In this document: piece by piece, positions 9,426 through 18,653 of the stretch
Layout: each line of letters opens with the position of its first letter
Position numbering within the stretch: position 1 is the stretch's first letter
Assembly: GCA_964597895.1 (NCBI GenBank)
Contig: CAZQZS010000002.1
Location: forward strand, 3,914-67,913
Source of the DNA: an uncultured Candidatus Saccharibacteria bacterium
GTDB lineage: Bacteria; Patescibacteriota; Doudnabacteria; UBA920
Direction of reading: 5' to 3'
Length of the DNA stretch: 64,000 bases
The notes under the pieces: model-generated
What the model saw: the letters and a program-made list of their open reading frames with translations, nothing else
What the model was told of the DNA's origin: nothing
Databases searched by the model: none
Program-made: the position numbers and the translations under genes

Positions 9426-9433
9426 TTTGATTA

Positions 9434-9490
9434 GCTGTCTCCCAAGGCAGCTTTTTTTACCCCCACACCAAAATTTTGGTGTGGGGGTAA
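9434..9490 (+). terminator. tandem hairpin terminators
   Basis: 'gctgtctcccaaggcagc'+T7, then 'cccccacacca aaatt ttggtgtggggg'. Confidence 0.6.
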
Positions 9491-9531
9491 ATTGCCAAAA
9501 ACGTTAAATTTTAGTAAAATAGGCTAGTTAT

Positions 9532-10431
9532 ATGAACACGCACGAAATAATTTTATTTTATAAATACGTCCGGATTGATAACCCCGGCCAGTTAATGGTG
9601 CACCAAAAAGAACTCCAGGATAAACTGGGTTTAAAGGGTCGCACGATAATTGCCGAAGAGGGGATTAACGCAACTATTGAAGGAACGACAGAAGCGATTG
9701 ATGCTTATCTGGAAGATTTGTTTTCGGATCCGCGTTTTGCCAATACTCACATTAAGCGCGACCCAAGCGATGGCAATTCTTTCCCTCGCACCTCTGTAAA
9801 AGTCCGCAAAGAAATCGTTGCGCTGGGCTTAGATGCTTCCTGCGACATTGATCCCAACGTAACGACTGGCAAGCGCCTTGCACCGGAACAGCTCCATCAA
9901 TGGCTGCGCGAGGGCAAAGAATTGTATATCGTGGATATGCGCAATGCTTACGAAGTCTTGGTTGGCCACTTTGAGGGTTCAATTTTGCCAAACATGGATA
10001 ATTTTCGTCAGTTGCCTGAGTTTACCGAGTCCATTCGTCACCTTCAAGATAAAACTGTTGTCACGGTTTGCACGGGCGGTATTCGCTGCGAAAAAGCCTC
10101 TGGTTATTTGGTCTCACAAGGCTTTACGGATGTGTATCAATTAGACGGCGGTATTGTTTCTTACATGAGACAGTTTCCGAATGAAGACTTCCTCGGCAAA
10201 CTTTACGTGTTTGATGGCCGTATCGCTATGGGTTTCTATACTGATGATCCAAAGCATCAAGTAGTAGGGAAGTGCTTGTTCTGCAAACAGCCGAGCGAGC
10301 GTTACACGAACTGTTTGGTAAATGATTGCAATCGCAAATTCATCGCTTGCGAAGCATGCGAAACTAAGATGGGCGACAAGTTCTGGTGTCCACCAGAAAT
10401 TGGGCATAAAGAAAAAACTAGAATAAGTTAA
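9532..10431 (+). CDS. trhO: rhodanese-domain tRNA uridine(34) hydroxylase TrhO/YceA (UPF0176)
   Basis: 'ILFYKY...' N-terminus, rhodanese active-site 'CTGGIRCEKASGYL', C-terminal Cys cluster. Confidence 0.7.
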   Translation: MNTHEIILFYKYVRIDNPGQLMVHQKELQDKLGLKGRTIIAEEGINATIEGTTEAIDAYLEDLFSDPRFANTHIKRDPSDGNSFPRTSVKVRKEIVALGLDASCDIDPNVTTGKRLAPEQLHQWLREGKELYIVDMRNAYEVLVGHFEGSILPNMDNFRQLPEFTESIRHLQDKTVVTVCTGGIRCEKASGYLVSQGFTDVYQLDGGIVSYMRQFPNEDFLGKLYVFDGRIAMGFYTDDPKHQVVGKCLFCKQPSERYTNCLVNDCNRKFIACEACETKMGDKFWCPPEIGHKEKTRIS

Positions 10432-10458
10432 AACCGAGCATGAGCTCGGTTTTTTTAT
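10432..10458. terminator. bidirectional terminator
   Basis: 'aaaccgagc atg agctcggttttttt'. Confidence 0.6.
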
Positions 10459-10922
10459 GCTTGGTGGTTGTGTTGGTCGGCAAGCTTGACCATTTTATGT
10501 AGGAACCAGAATTTAAGAAAGTAGGAAATGATGGTGAGTAGTACTGTTGGCCATAGCAGGCGCTGGTAAGCAGAATAGATTAAAGCGATTACGGTAATGA
10601 GATTAGCAAGATTAAGAGCAGTAGACAGGTCAGCTTTAAGCTTGCCTGTTGAAGTATAAATTTGTTCGCCGATAACGGCTCGGCTAATCCAGTCGTTGAG
10701 GTTTTTGGGTGGAGGAAAAAGCCTGGGGTTGATTATTAGCCAAATAATGTACGCTATCAATAAATACCAGCTGTGGTACCAGATAATAATCGGTAGTAAC
10801 ACAAAGCTTATAGCTCTGCTCCAAGCGCTTAGCGGATTTGCATGCTTCTTCCAGGTTTTTTCCGAGAGAATAGCCATGAATAAATTATACCAGTTGGGCA
10901 GTATTGTGCTATAATAAAGCAA
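10455..10922 (-). CDS. hypothetical integral membrane protein (start possibly at internal Met ~10877)
   Basis: Several hydrophobic helices; no family assignable. Confidence 0.45.
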   Translation of the reverse strand: MLYYSTILPNWYNLFMAILSEKTWKKHANPLSAWSRAISFVLLPIIIWYHSWYLLIAYIIWLIINPRLFPPPKNLNDWISRAVIGEQIYTSTGKLKADLSTALNLANLITVIALIYSAYQRLLWPTVLLTIISYFLKFWFLHKMVKLADQHNHQA

Positions 10923-10928
10923 ATATTC

Positions 10929-11663
10929 ATGTTGAAAGCAAAAACGAAACGAAAATTAAGGAAGGGAACTAGGGTAGTTACCAAGTTAGTTGAGGCTACT
11001 GGCATTCCCCATGGCTACTCCACAACTGTAGCCTGGTTTGCGGAGCGAATGATGCTCGCTAGTTTTACTTTGATAGTATTATCATTTGCCGCAGGCGCAA
11101 TGTTTGTCTTAAAATTAGCTGAACCGATTGGGGACAGCCGGGCCTATGATGCAGCCGCCCAGCAGGCTTTGCAGGCCGAACAGGGAGTAAAAGTCTTTAC
11201 CCAGCAAGTAATTGATGTGGCTTCACCAGTGTTCGCAGCGTTTGTAAAAGAAAATCGAGACCAAGAAGATTTGGCTGCGACGGAGCTCGCGGCACGCAAA
11301 CAAAAGCTTCAGGCTTACCTAGCAAGCAAAAAATCACCCTTTGCTGAAGACCCTGCAGCAATTGAAGCTTTCGCTACATCCAAGAACATGAAAATGATGG
11401 TGGCGATCTCTTTTGTGGAAAGCACTTTCGGCAAGAATTGTTATTACTACAACTGTAGTGGTATCGGCGGCACGCCACCAAAACTCCGTAAGTATGATAG
11501 TTATGCGGAATGGATTCGCGACTTTGATGATTTGCTGGAGCGGAGATATAAAGATCTGCCGCCAGAAGAGTTTGTTGGGCTTTACGTACAGCCGGGCAGC
11601 CCGAATTGGATTTACGGCGTAAAGCAAGTGCTCCGCGAATTTGAAGAGCAAGGCATTACATAA
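10929..11663 (+). CDS. hypothetical membrane-anchored protein (possible glucosaminidase-like C-terminal domain, weak)
   Basis: N-terminal TM 'LASFTLIVLSFAAGAMFVL'; C-terminal 'FVESTFGKN...YNCSGIGG' only loosely reminiscent of glucosaminidase domains. Confidence 0.4.
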   Translation: MLKAKTKRKLRKGTRVVTKLVEATGIPHGYSTTVAWFAERMMLASFTLIVLSFAAGAMFVLKLAEPIGDSRAYDAAAQQALQAEQGVKVFTQQVIDVASPVFAAFVKENRDQEDLAATELAARKQKLQAYLASKKSPFAEDPAAIEAFATSKNMKMMVAISFVESTFGKNCYYYNCSGIGGTPPKLRKYDSYAEWIRDFDDLLERRYKDLPPEEFVGLYVQPGSPNWIYGVKQVLREFEEQGIT

Positions 11664-11666
11664 AAA

Positions 11667-11694
11667 AGAAGCCCCCAATATCCGGGGGCTTTTC
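11667..11694. terminator. bidirectional terminator
   Basis: 'agcccccaatatccgggggcttttc'. Confidence 0.6.
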
Positions 11695-12492
11695 TTAAAG
11701 CTTAATGCTCTTGGCTAGGCCAAGCAGCGACAGAAATCTAATCATTATCCAACTTGGATCAATTTGATACCAGGCAAGGCCGTGTCTAGCTCTGGTAGGT
11801 TTGGCGTGGTGGTTATTGTGCCAGCCTTCACCCCAAGTAAGTAGGGCTACCCACCAATTGTTCTTTGAGTCATCGTCAGTATTAAACATGCGCGAGCCAA
11901 AGCGGTGACAGACCGAGTTCACCAGCCAAGTAAACTGAAGTCCGACTGCAACCGGGACAAAAATTCCCCACAGTACGAGCGGTAAGCCGCCGATGAAAAA
12001 GAAAATCAACGCTAGAAAGGTACTCGGCAACCACCAGTATTTGTTAAAAAATCTATGGAAGTTGTCGCGGTATAAATCTAGTGCGTACTTTTGGGAGAAC
12101 TCACGAGTATGGATAGAGTCGTCGGTTTGAATCATCCATAGCAGGTGTGAACGCCAGAACCCGTCTCTGGGACTATGGGGGTCGCCCTTGCGGTCGGTAT
12201 CTTGGTGGTGTTTGCGATGAATCGCCACCCACTTGATGTGCCCTCCTTGCAAAGTCAGCAGACCGCACCAGGTTATAAAATATTCAAGCCATACTGGCGT
12301 GGTAAAGCCCCTGTGCGTTAACAGTCTGTGATATCCAACAGCCAAGCCTAATCCATGGCTCAGCATCCAAACCACCACTGCTACCAAAAGCAGTGTTGGA
12401 GTAAAATAAAATAACGCCCCGATGGCACCTACTGTAAATAACAGCATCGCCGTCAAAGTGTCATAGCGAAACTTGTAGTTTTCCGTGGTCAT
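11695..12492 (-). CDS. membrane fatty-acid (acyl-lipid/acyl-CoA Delta9-type) desaturase
   Basis: Three histidine boxes 'HRLLTH', 'HRKHH', 'HNNHH' with TM helices. Confidence 0.7.
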   Translation of the reverse strand: MTTENYKFRYDTLTAMLLFTVGAIGALFYFTPTLLLVAVVVWMLSHGLGLAVGYHRLLTHRGFTTPVWLEYFITWCGLLTLQGGHIKWVAIHRKHHQDTDRKGDPHSPRDGFWRSHLLWMIQTDDSIHTREFSQKYALDLYRDNFHRFFNKYWWLPSTFLALIFFFIGGLPLVLWGIFVPVAVGLQFTWLVNSVCHRFGSRMFNTDDDSKNNWWVALLTWGEGWHNNHHAKPTRARHGLAWYQIDPSWIMIRFLSLLGLAKSIKL

Positions 12493-12583
12493 AAATCCTC
12501 CTGCAATCTCAAACTGGCTATATTATCGCACAATTTAATAAATCTCAAAAGCACCCAAAAGACTCCTTTTCTAAAATCCATAC

Positions 12584-12612
12584 CACCAAAAAACTCCGAA
12601 CTAATCGGAGTC
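12584..12612 (-). terminator. terminator for the Shedu-like gene (minus strand)
   Basis: 'ctccga actaa tcggag' hairpin with T-run on the minus strand. Confidence 0.5.
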
Positions 12613-12742
12613 TTTTGTTGGTAGCCCGAGACTAGCAACCACTCGAACGAAGTTCGCTTTAGTAAGCCAGTTGTTGGAATACTTTAAGACTGAGACCAGA
12701 AATAATGATATGGATTTGGCGGAGTGATATCGATGATGAAAC

Positions 12743-13999
12743 TTATGACCTAAATATAGAAAGAATAGTCTTAATTTTCTCATGTAGTTCGTCAAATGTG
12801 ACAACTTCGACATCTTTATTGTTATTCCGAAATAGCTCAAAAGATTTTACCTGTTGTTCGGTAAGATCTGTGATCTTACCGACTATAACGAAGCATTTTG
12901 AGTTGAATGAAGTAAAAGTTTTATCTTTACTAAGACTGTAGAATTCCTTCTGCAAGTTATCCCGTTGATCCAGTGCTTGGTTGATTGCTCCGCTAAGTTC
13001 TTTTGAAACTGCAAATACGTCGTTTCCTCGATAAGGCTGATTTTCCAACAGTTTTTTCTTATGAGTTTTGATTTCGACTATTGCAACATTCTCCGAAAAA
13101 TGATTTTTATATATGAAATCGGCAACTTTTCCACCCGCGTCGTCAATCGTTTTGCCTCCGACGTATGCTTTGTCCTTCAATAGAACCATCGGAAAAGCGA
13201 AAAGCTGGCTGAAAATCCAACTATTCTGCTTAAAGAAACTGTGCCATTTCTCTTCTAAAGTAGAGGTGTCTGTCAGCTGACTAATAAGGATTTCGAACTC
13301 TTCCAAAATGGTTTCAATGTAAACAAGGTCAATGACCTCTTTAGCCGAACTGAGCTGTTTCCGACGAATTTCAGTATCTTGTTGGTTAAAAGTAGAGATT
13401 ATTTTCAATAAGGCATTTGTGTCAGCATCGGAAAGTAAATCCGGGACTAATTCGTGTTCATTTATTATTCTGCCAAGCTGGCCTGGAACATACTTCTTAT
13501 TCGAAATCTTGATTTTCGCCGGGAACCATCCAGAGAAGATTTTTCGAGCCGCAAACTTTACATCACTCTTATATTGCAGAGACAACGGGTTTAGATACTG
13601 GTATGCAGCTTCCATATCGGCTCTTTTGAAAGTTGCAACGGAACCTCGAATACTAGTGTTTTGTTCGGATGAAACAACGATCTTAGAAACATCCGGGAAA
13701 ACGTCTTCTAGGAAATAAATGAGGGGATTCAAAATAGAAGTAAATCCGTAGCCGGATGCCCAGGACTTTCGGAAACCATGAGGAAGATGGAAAGGCATTT
13801 TGTGGTATTCGATTGATTTGATTTTTTCATACTTTTGCAGGCCGAGGCGCCGATCAAATGGATAATGAATTACTCGTGAATTATCCTTATAGACTTCACG
13901 AGATTTGAAATTGAATCCATTATCACCATCAATGAAGTGGTAAACTTCTTTTGTTGCTGATTCGCGCACTAATATTTCTTCTGGGTATGAATTGGGCAT
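12743..13999 (-). CDS. Shedu/DUF4263-like PD-(D/E)xK nuclease-family protein (defence candidate)
   Basis: C-terminal half 'GGKVADFIYKNHFSENVAIVEIKTHKK...YRGNDVFAVSKELSGAINQALDQ' has the D...EIK restriction-endonuclease-like core; overall size/arrangement recalls SduA; sits in an AT-rich block beside a tRNA. Confidence 0.45.
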   Translation of the reverse strand: MPNSYPEEILVRESATKEVYHFIDGDNGFNFKSREVYKDNSRVIHYPFDRRLGLQKYEKIKSIEYHKMPFHLPHGFRKSWASGYGFTSILNPLIYFLEDVFPDVSKIVVSSEQNTSIRGSVATFKRADMEAAYQYLNPLSLQYKSDVKFAARKIFSGWFPAKIKISNKKYVPGQLGRIINEHELVPDLLSDADTNALLKIISTFNQQDTEIRRKQLSSAKEVIDLVYIETILEEFEILISQLTDTSTLEEKWHSFFKQNSWIFSQLFAFPMVLLKDKAYVGGKTIDDAGGKVADFIYKNHFSENVAIVEIKTHKKKLLENQPYRGNDVFAVSKELSGAINQALDQRDNLQKEFYSLSKDKTFTSFNSKCFVIVGKITDLTEQQVKSFELFRNNNKDVEVVTFDELHEKIKTILSIFRS

Positions 14000-14206
14000 T
14001 TGAATAGATTAACGGATTGAGCCGGTGCGCATAACAGTACTTCTGCTGTAAGTCTTGCGCAAACACCCCATACACCAAACGACTGAATTTCGGCTGTCTG
14101 ACTCTTCTTCTGTATATTACACCGATCACAAATTCACGCAAGATCGTAATTTAACTGGGGCTAGCCAATATCTTTCTAAATATGCCGATTTCTGCTATGG
14201 TGATCG

Positions 14207-14446
14207 ATGAATCAGAAATCAGAAAAACCTATCATCATTCATGATTTTTACCCGGATCTTTCTCCTGAAGATCGAGCGGAAGTGCAAGAGAACTTGCAAG
14301 AGTATGTTCGAATCGTTTGGAAGATATTTAACCGACTGAAAGCCGAAGGCAAGCTAGAAGACGTAATGCTTCGTGCTCAGTGGGAAAAGAGAAACCGTCA
14401 CAAACCCGCGTCGCAAAACATCAATGCGGAAAACGACGACATCTAA
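14207..14446 (+). CDS. hypothetical small acidic protein
   Basis: 79-aa ORF in the AT-rich islet; weak SD. Confidence 0.3.
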   Translation: MNQKSEKPIIIHDFYPDLSPEDRAEVQENLQEYVRIVWKIFNRLKAEGKLEDVMLRAQWEKRNRHKPASQNINAENDDI

Positions 14447-14628
14447 ACCACCTGCGGGACATTGAACGAATTCGCTTCTTAAATATGCGGAGCTTCCCAC
14501 ACTTTTACTTTTTATGTTGTAATACAGAATTTTTCGATTTTTCGTTTTACGACACGACAAGAAAATTCCTCTTAGTTTAAACAAAAAAACCGAACCCAAT
14601 GGGGACGATCTTATAACTTTTTTTGCTA

Positions 14629-14703
14629 TGGTAGCGCCACGGAGAATCGAACTCCGGTTACATGGATGAGAACCATGTGTCCTAACCACTAGACGATGGC
14701 GCC
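14629..14703 (-). tRNA. tRNA-Glu(CTC)
   Basis: Cloverleaf read by hand: acceptor GGCGCCA/TGGCGCT, anticodon stem CATGG/CCATG, loop TTCTCAT, T-arm GGAGTTCGATTCTCC, encoded CCA. Confidence 0.8.
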
Positions 14704-14828
14704 TTATGAAAGATCCTGAATCAAGTTCAGGATGACAGTAAAAACTAGTTCAGGATAACAGGAAAATTTTACCAAAAAATTGCTGGTTTGAAAAGGGTAA
14801 AAAAGAACCACCCGAAGGTGGTTCTGAA

Positions 14829-16256
14829 TTAAGCCGCAGCTTGTCGCAACGCTTGCCGTTTGATTAAAGTGGTTAGGATAATCGGGGTAATGAGGGTAGT
14901 TAGAATTACCATCACCACAATCACCGAGAACACTTCATCATTAAGCACGCCCAGTCCTTTACCGATCGTAGCAAAGATCAAGCCAACTTCGCCGCGCGGC
15001 ACCATGCCGAAGCCAACGATGTTTTTGTTGACATTCCCAGCTACAAGGCCAGCAACATATTTACCGACGAAGGCTACCGCCGTAATACCGAGCGCAACTA
15101 GCAAAATCTTTGGATCAAACAAGGTGTCTAGTTTCACGTTCATACCCGTATAAACAAAGAACAAGGGCACAAACATATTGGCAACTGGTTCAATCAAGTC
15201 TTCGATGTGCTTCTCGGAATGCTCGTCCGCGATATGCTTGAGACGTTGCTTGGTTTGTTCATCGGTAATTTCTTCCGCATGCATCTCTAAATCTTCAACC
15301 GACTTCGGCTTTTTGAAATACGAGAAGTGCACAGGATCAAGAATCAAACCAGCGGCAAAGGCACCGACGATTGGAGCAAGTCCAATCAATCCGGCCACAG
15401 CAGCAAAAATTAGAGCAAACACAATTGCCAGGGTGAACTTCATACCCACGCCAGTGTGAATCCAAGAAAAGAACTTGCCGATACTCTTAGCTGTGAGCTG
15501 ACCAATTACGATTGCGCCAACTAAGAATCCGATTGCCTTGGCAATAATAATAGCCACTGACGCAACGCTGACAGAGCCTTCAGTTACGATTGCCGAAACT
15601 ACGGCCAGTACAATCAGACCCATAATGTCATCTATGACCGCGGCGCCGATAATAATCCCTGCTTCATCACTTTGGCTTTGCCCTAAGTCACGGAATACAC
15701 GGGCGGTAATACCAACCGAAGTGGCGGTTAAGGCTGCGCCTAGGAACAGGTAGGTGTTAAAATCAAGCCCTGGCAGAAGCCATGGACCAACTAAGAATGT
15801 ACCTAGTACGAAAGGAGCCACCACGCCGATAATAGCCACCATTAAGGCACGCGTGCCTTTCTGAGCCATTTTCTTGATATTGGATTCCAGACCGACCTGG
15901 AAGAGTAGAATTACTACACCTAGCTCAGCCAAGAACGGAATGAATGCATCGCTTTTAATAGGTTCAAAAATCGTTATACCAATTAGGTAAAAATTTCCGA
16001 GAATCAGACCCATTAACAGCTCCCCAAGGACGGCGGATTGGCCGAATCGTTCAATCAAGCTAGCGCCTTTAGCAGCCAGCAAAAGAACACCCATCCATAG
16101 GAAAGTAGTGATAAAACTGCTATGATCACCGCCAGCAGCTGCACCTGCAGCATTCACAAACGGTGTACTCACCAAAACAATAACAGCCATAAAGGCTGCG
16201 AATTTGATTCTTGAACGAGCTGTCAGCGCGCCCTGAACCAGAAAGTTTTTTAGCAT
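14829..16256 (-). CDS. cation:proton antiporter (CPA2 family, Na+/H+ or K+/H+ exchanger)
   Basis: ~12 TM helices; 'GELLMGLILGN' signature region; start taken at 'MLKNFL...' (16256) rather than the ORF-track 5' extension. Confidence 0.7.
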   Translation of the reverse strand: MLKNFLVQGALTARSRIKFAAFMAVIVLVSTPFVNAAGAAAGGDHSSFITTFLWMGVLLLAAKGASLIERFGQSAVLGELLMGLILGNFYLIGITIFEPIKSDAFIPFLAELGVVILLFQVGLESNIKKMAQKGTRALMVAIIGVVAPFVLGTFLVGPWLLPGLDFNTYLFLGAALTATSVGITARVFRDLGQSQSDEAGIIIGAAVIDDIMGLIVLAVVSAIVTEGSVSVASVAIIIAKAIGFLVGAIVIGQLTAKSIGKFFSWIHTGVGMKFTLAIVFALIFAAVAGLIGLAPIVGAFAAGLILDPVHFSYFKKPKSVEDLEMHAEEITDEQTKQRLKHIADEHSEKHIEDLIEPVANMFVPLFFVYTGMNVKLDTLFDPKILLVALGITAVAFVGKYVAGLVAGNVNKNIVGFGMVPRGEVGLIFATIGKGLGVLNDEVFSVIVVMVILTTLITPIILTTLIKRQALRQAAA

Positions 16257-16366
16257 AGGTTTGCTTTTGTCCCTCCAATTAAATTTTGACAACTCATATA
16301 TATTAGAAAAAAATGAGGATTTTGGCAAGAGTGTCCCAAGTGTTGCAAAAATGGTATAATATTTGT

Positions 16367-16489
16367 ATGAAATATTTCTTGATTGCACTCTTGGCACTGA
16401 CGTTTGTTGCCGGTGCTTGCGAAAATACTAAAATCAAAGGCGAAGTCCCAACCTCACCTCAAGAATCGTACGAGCAGTTGCCGCGCTAA
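16367..16489 (+). CDS. small lipoprotein (40 aa)
   Basis: 'MKYFLIALLALTFVAGACEN...' lipobox LTFVAGAC; extended -10 'TGgTATAAT' at 16352..16360; terminator follows; absent from the ORF track. Confidence 0.45.
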   Translation: MKYFLIALLALTFVAGACENTKIKGEVPTSPQESYEQLPR

Positions 16490-16507
16490 ATATTTATTCA
16501 ATTAATA

Positions 16508-16540
16508 AAGACAGAAAAATTTTTTTCTGTCTTATTTTCT
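16508..16540 (+). terminator. rho-independent terminator
   Basis: 'aagacagaaaaa ttttttctgtctt'+T-run. Confidence 0.6.
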
Positions 16541-16574
16541 TGCGAGAGGTATTGACAACAGCACTAAATTAATG

Positions 16575-16716
16575 TCACGGTTAAACTACACCAAGCAAAA
16601 CTCGGAGGAATGATGTTTGTTCGGCCAATTGGTTTGGAAGCTTTGCCTTGCAGTTTAAGGTAGGGTGGCGCACGATAGACTGTGCTCGCAGGTTCGAATC
16701 CTGCTCGAATTATTTT
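16575..16716 (+). ncRNA. candidate small RNA (or leader with a 17-aa uORF) between two terminators
   Basis: TTGACA...TAAACT upstream; contains 'ggttcgaatcctgc' T-arm-like hairpin and 'GGAGGaatgATG' mini-ORF; ends at terminator 16717..16745. Confidence 0.25.
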
Positions 16717-16745
16717 AAAGACTCGTCCTCCGAGTCTTTTTATTT
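16717..16745. terminator. bidirectional terminator
   Basis: 'aagactcg tcctc cgagtctttttatttt'. Confidence 0.6.
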
Positions 16746-17345
16746 TAGTAGCATTCCAAGTGATGTCAGGAAAATCCACAGCAAGGCGAAGCCGACACCC
16801 AATCTTTGGATTAATCCAATAATCCAGAGCGGCTTATTGAGTAGGATTTGATCGCTGATTAAAATTAAACTAGCTAAGATTATAGAGATTATGGACCAGC
16901 CAGGTTGCCAGTTAGGGTCATTAAGAAAAATCAAAGAGTAGGTGAGGATGCCCAACGGGATTCCAGCGGCCGGTAGAAAAGTGATACTGCGGTGCGATTT
17001 ACTGCGAAGAGTATTCCCGCTCGGTTCGGTGGGAACAATGGCCAGTAAAATCAGCCCCAGAGCCGCTACTAATAAGCAGCCAGTTCCGAAGCCAAGCAGG
17101 GGATGGGCCATAACTGAATTACTTAAGGCAATAGCATGGAGTCCAACCGACAGCCCGAGCAAGCCAAAGGAAATAAAATTAATCACTCCATGGCGAGGGA
17201 TATTAATGCTACTAAGTTCACTTATATAATTTTCCTCCAAGTGATAATTTCTTCGGCGAAATCCCATTCCGGTGATTAACAGGAAATAAAAAATAGGCTC
17301 AATTAAGCCTAAAATTATTCCAGATGTAATCAGCAAACGATTCAT
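16740..17345 (-). CDS. hypothetical integral membrane protein
   Basis: Six predicted TM helices; no family assigned. Confidence 0.5.
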   Translation of the reverse strand: MNRLLITSGIILGLIEPIFYFLLITGMGFRRRNYHLEENYISELSSINIPRHGVINFISFGLLGLSVGLHAIALSNSVMAHPLLGFGTGCLLVAALGLILLAIVPTEPSGNTLRSKSHRSITFLPAAGIPLGILTYSLIFLNDPNWQPGWSIISIILASLILISDQILLNKPLWIIGLIQRLGVGFALLWIFLTSLGMLLK

Positions 17346-17347
17346 GG

Positions 17348-17899
17348 CTATTGATTAGTCGCTTCTTGGGCAGCAGGGGTTTCTGGCAGTTTGATATTTT
17401 GGGTCAACTCTTCAAAGTTTGGTAAGTCATCAATAGAACTTATTCCGAGCTGTTGCAGGAATTCCGTTGTGATTTGATAATAGTTGCTGCGGCTATCATC
17501 CGGGTTGGAAACTTTTTCGATTAGCCCGCGCATCAATAAAGCACGGATGGAATATTGCGAATTTACGCCGCGAATGGATTCTATTTCTGATTTAGAGATC
17601 GGTTGGCGGTAAGCTATGATGGCTAGAACCTCTGCAGTCGCATCCGTAAGTTGCTCGCGGAGGTCGCTATTCAGAAAATTAGTTACGATATCAGTGTTGC
17701 TGCTGGCAGTGGCTAACTGGAAACTACCATTAGCTTCGAGTAAGATTACGCCGCTATTTGCGGTGTAAGCTTTTAGTTCCTGGAGAGCAGATTGAATAGC
17801 AGTTTCTGGAGCATCAACAAATTTCGCCAATTGTTTAACACTCATTGGCTTGCTAGTGACAAATAAAAGACTGTGGATTTTGGAAGTAAGTTGGTTCAT
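17348..17899 (-). CDS. scpB: segregation and condensation protein B
   Basis: Winged-helix ScpB pattern; start codon overlaps the scpA stop. Confidence 0.7.
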   Translation of the reverse strand: MNQLTSKIHSLLFVTSKPMSVKQLAKFVDAPETAIQSALQELKAYTANSGVILLEANGSFQLATASSNTDIVTNFLNSDLREQLTDATAEVLAIIAYRQPISKSEIESIRGVNSQYSIRALLMRGLIEKVSNPDDSRSNYYQITTEFLQQLGISSIDDLPNFEELTQNIKLPETPAAQEATNQ

Positions 17900-18651
17900 T
17901 AGTTTTGGGTTTGTTCTTCTTGAGAAACTGATTCATTAGCAGTATTTGGCTGGTACTGTTTTATTTTAACATCTGTGAACAATAATTCTTGCTCTACACT
18001 GAAAATTCTTTGTTTAATTAATTCTAACAGCGCCAAGAACGTCACTATAACCTCGTCTTTATTCTTTGCTTCTGCCAGGAGTTCGCTGAGACTGGTTTCA
18101 ATTCGGCTGGCTAGGCGGTTTTGCAAGTGGGAGATTTTTTCCTGGATGGATACGGCCTCTTTGACTCTAGCTTTGGGTAAGTTATCTAATTCTTTGAGTT
18201 GCTGAAGCACTTTAAGAATAGATTCATGCAAGGACTCTGCAGTTACTTTAGGATCGGGGAAGAAATTAACCCTTTGAGAGAACACGGCCGTGCGAATAAA
18301 GCCTTGCTGTCCTTGTGAATCAATCTGCTTAATATACCGGGCTACTTCCTTAAACTTTTTGTAAAGAATCAGCTTGCTGGTTAAGTCTTCTTCTGGCTCC
18401 AATTCTTCATCTTCGGCCACTTCAAGGCTGGGCAGGATGGCTTTGGATTTGATAACCAAGAGCTTGGCGGCAATATTTAGATAATCTGCGAGAGCGGTTG
18501 GTTCAATCTGTTCCAGTTCTTTGACATAAGATAAAAACTGCTCGGTGACTTCGGCAAGAGCGATATCTGTGATGTTAAGTTTCTGCTCTTCAATTAACGA
18601 GAGCAGTAAATCTAACGGTCCTTCAAATTGTTGAAGTTTTACGTGAGCCAA
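17899..18651 (-). CDS. scpA: segregation and condensation protein A (probable TTG start at 18651; ORF-track ATG start would overlap aspS by 180 nt)
   Basis: 'KLQQFEGPLDLLLSLIEEQKLNITDIALAEVTEQFL' is the typical ScpA N-terminus. Confidence 0.65.
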   Translation of the reverse strand: MAHVKLQQFEGPLDLLLSLIEEQKLNITDIALAEVTEQFLSYVKELEQIEPTALADYLNIAAKLLVIKSKAILPSLEVAEDEELEPEEDLTSKLILYKKFKEVARYIKQIDSQGQQGFIRTAVFSQRVNFFPDPKVTAESLHESILKVLQQLKELDNLPKARVKEAVSIQEKISHLQNRLASRIETSLSELLAEAKNKDEVIVTFLALLELIKQRIFSVEQELLFTDVKIKQYQPNTANESVSQEEQTQN

Positions 18652-18653
18652 AA

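Noticed and set aside
12601-12941. ORFs 12601..12840(-) and 12705..12941(+) at the 3' end of the Shedu-like gene
   Set aside because: They overlap the long minus-strand gene and its terminator, are AT-rich and have low-complexity translations.
14860-15753. Three plus-strand ORFs inside the CPA2 antiporter gene
   Set aside because: They are antisense frames of a membrane-protein gene (Ala/Ile/Thr-rich nonsense translations).
16650-16716. tRNA gene suggested by 'gcaggttcgaatcctgc'
   Set aside because: There is no D-arm and no acceptor-stem pairing partner, so it cannot fold into a cloverleaf. It is kept only as part of a candidate sRNA.
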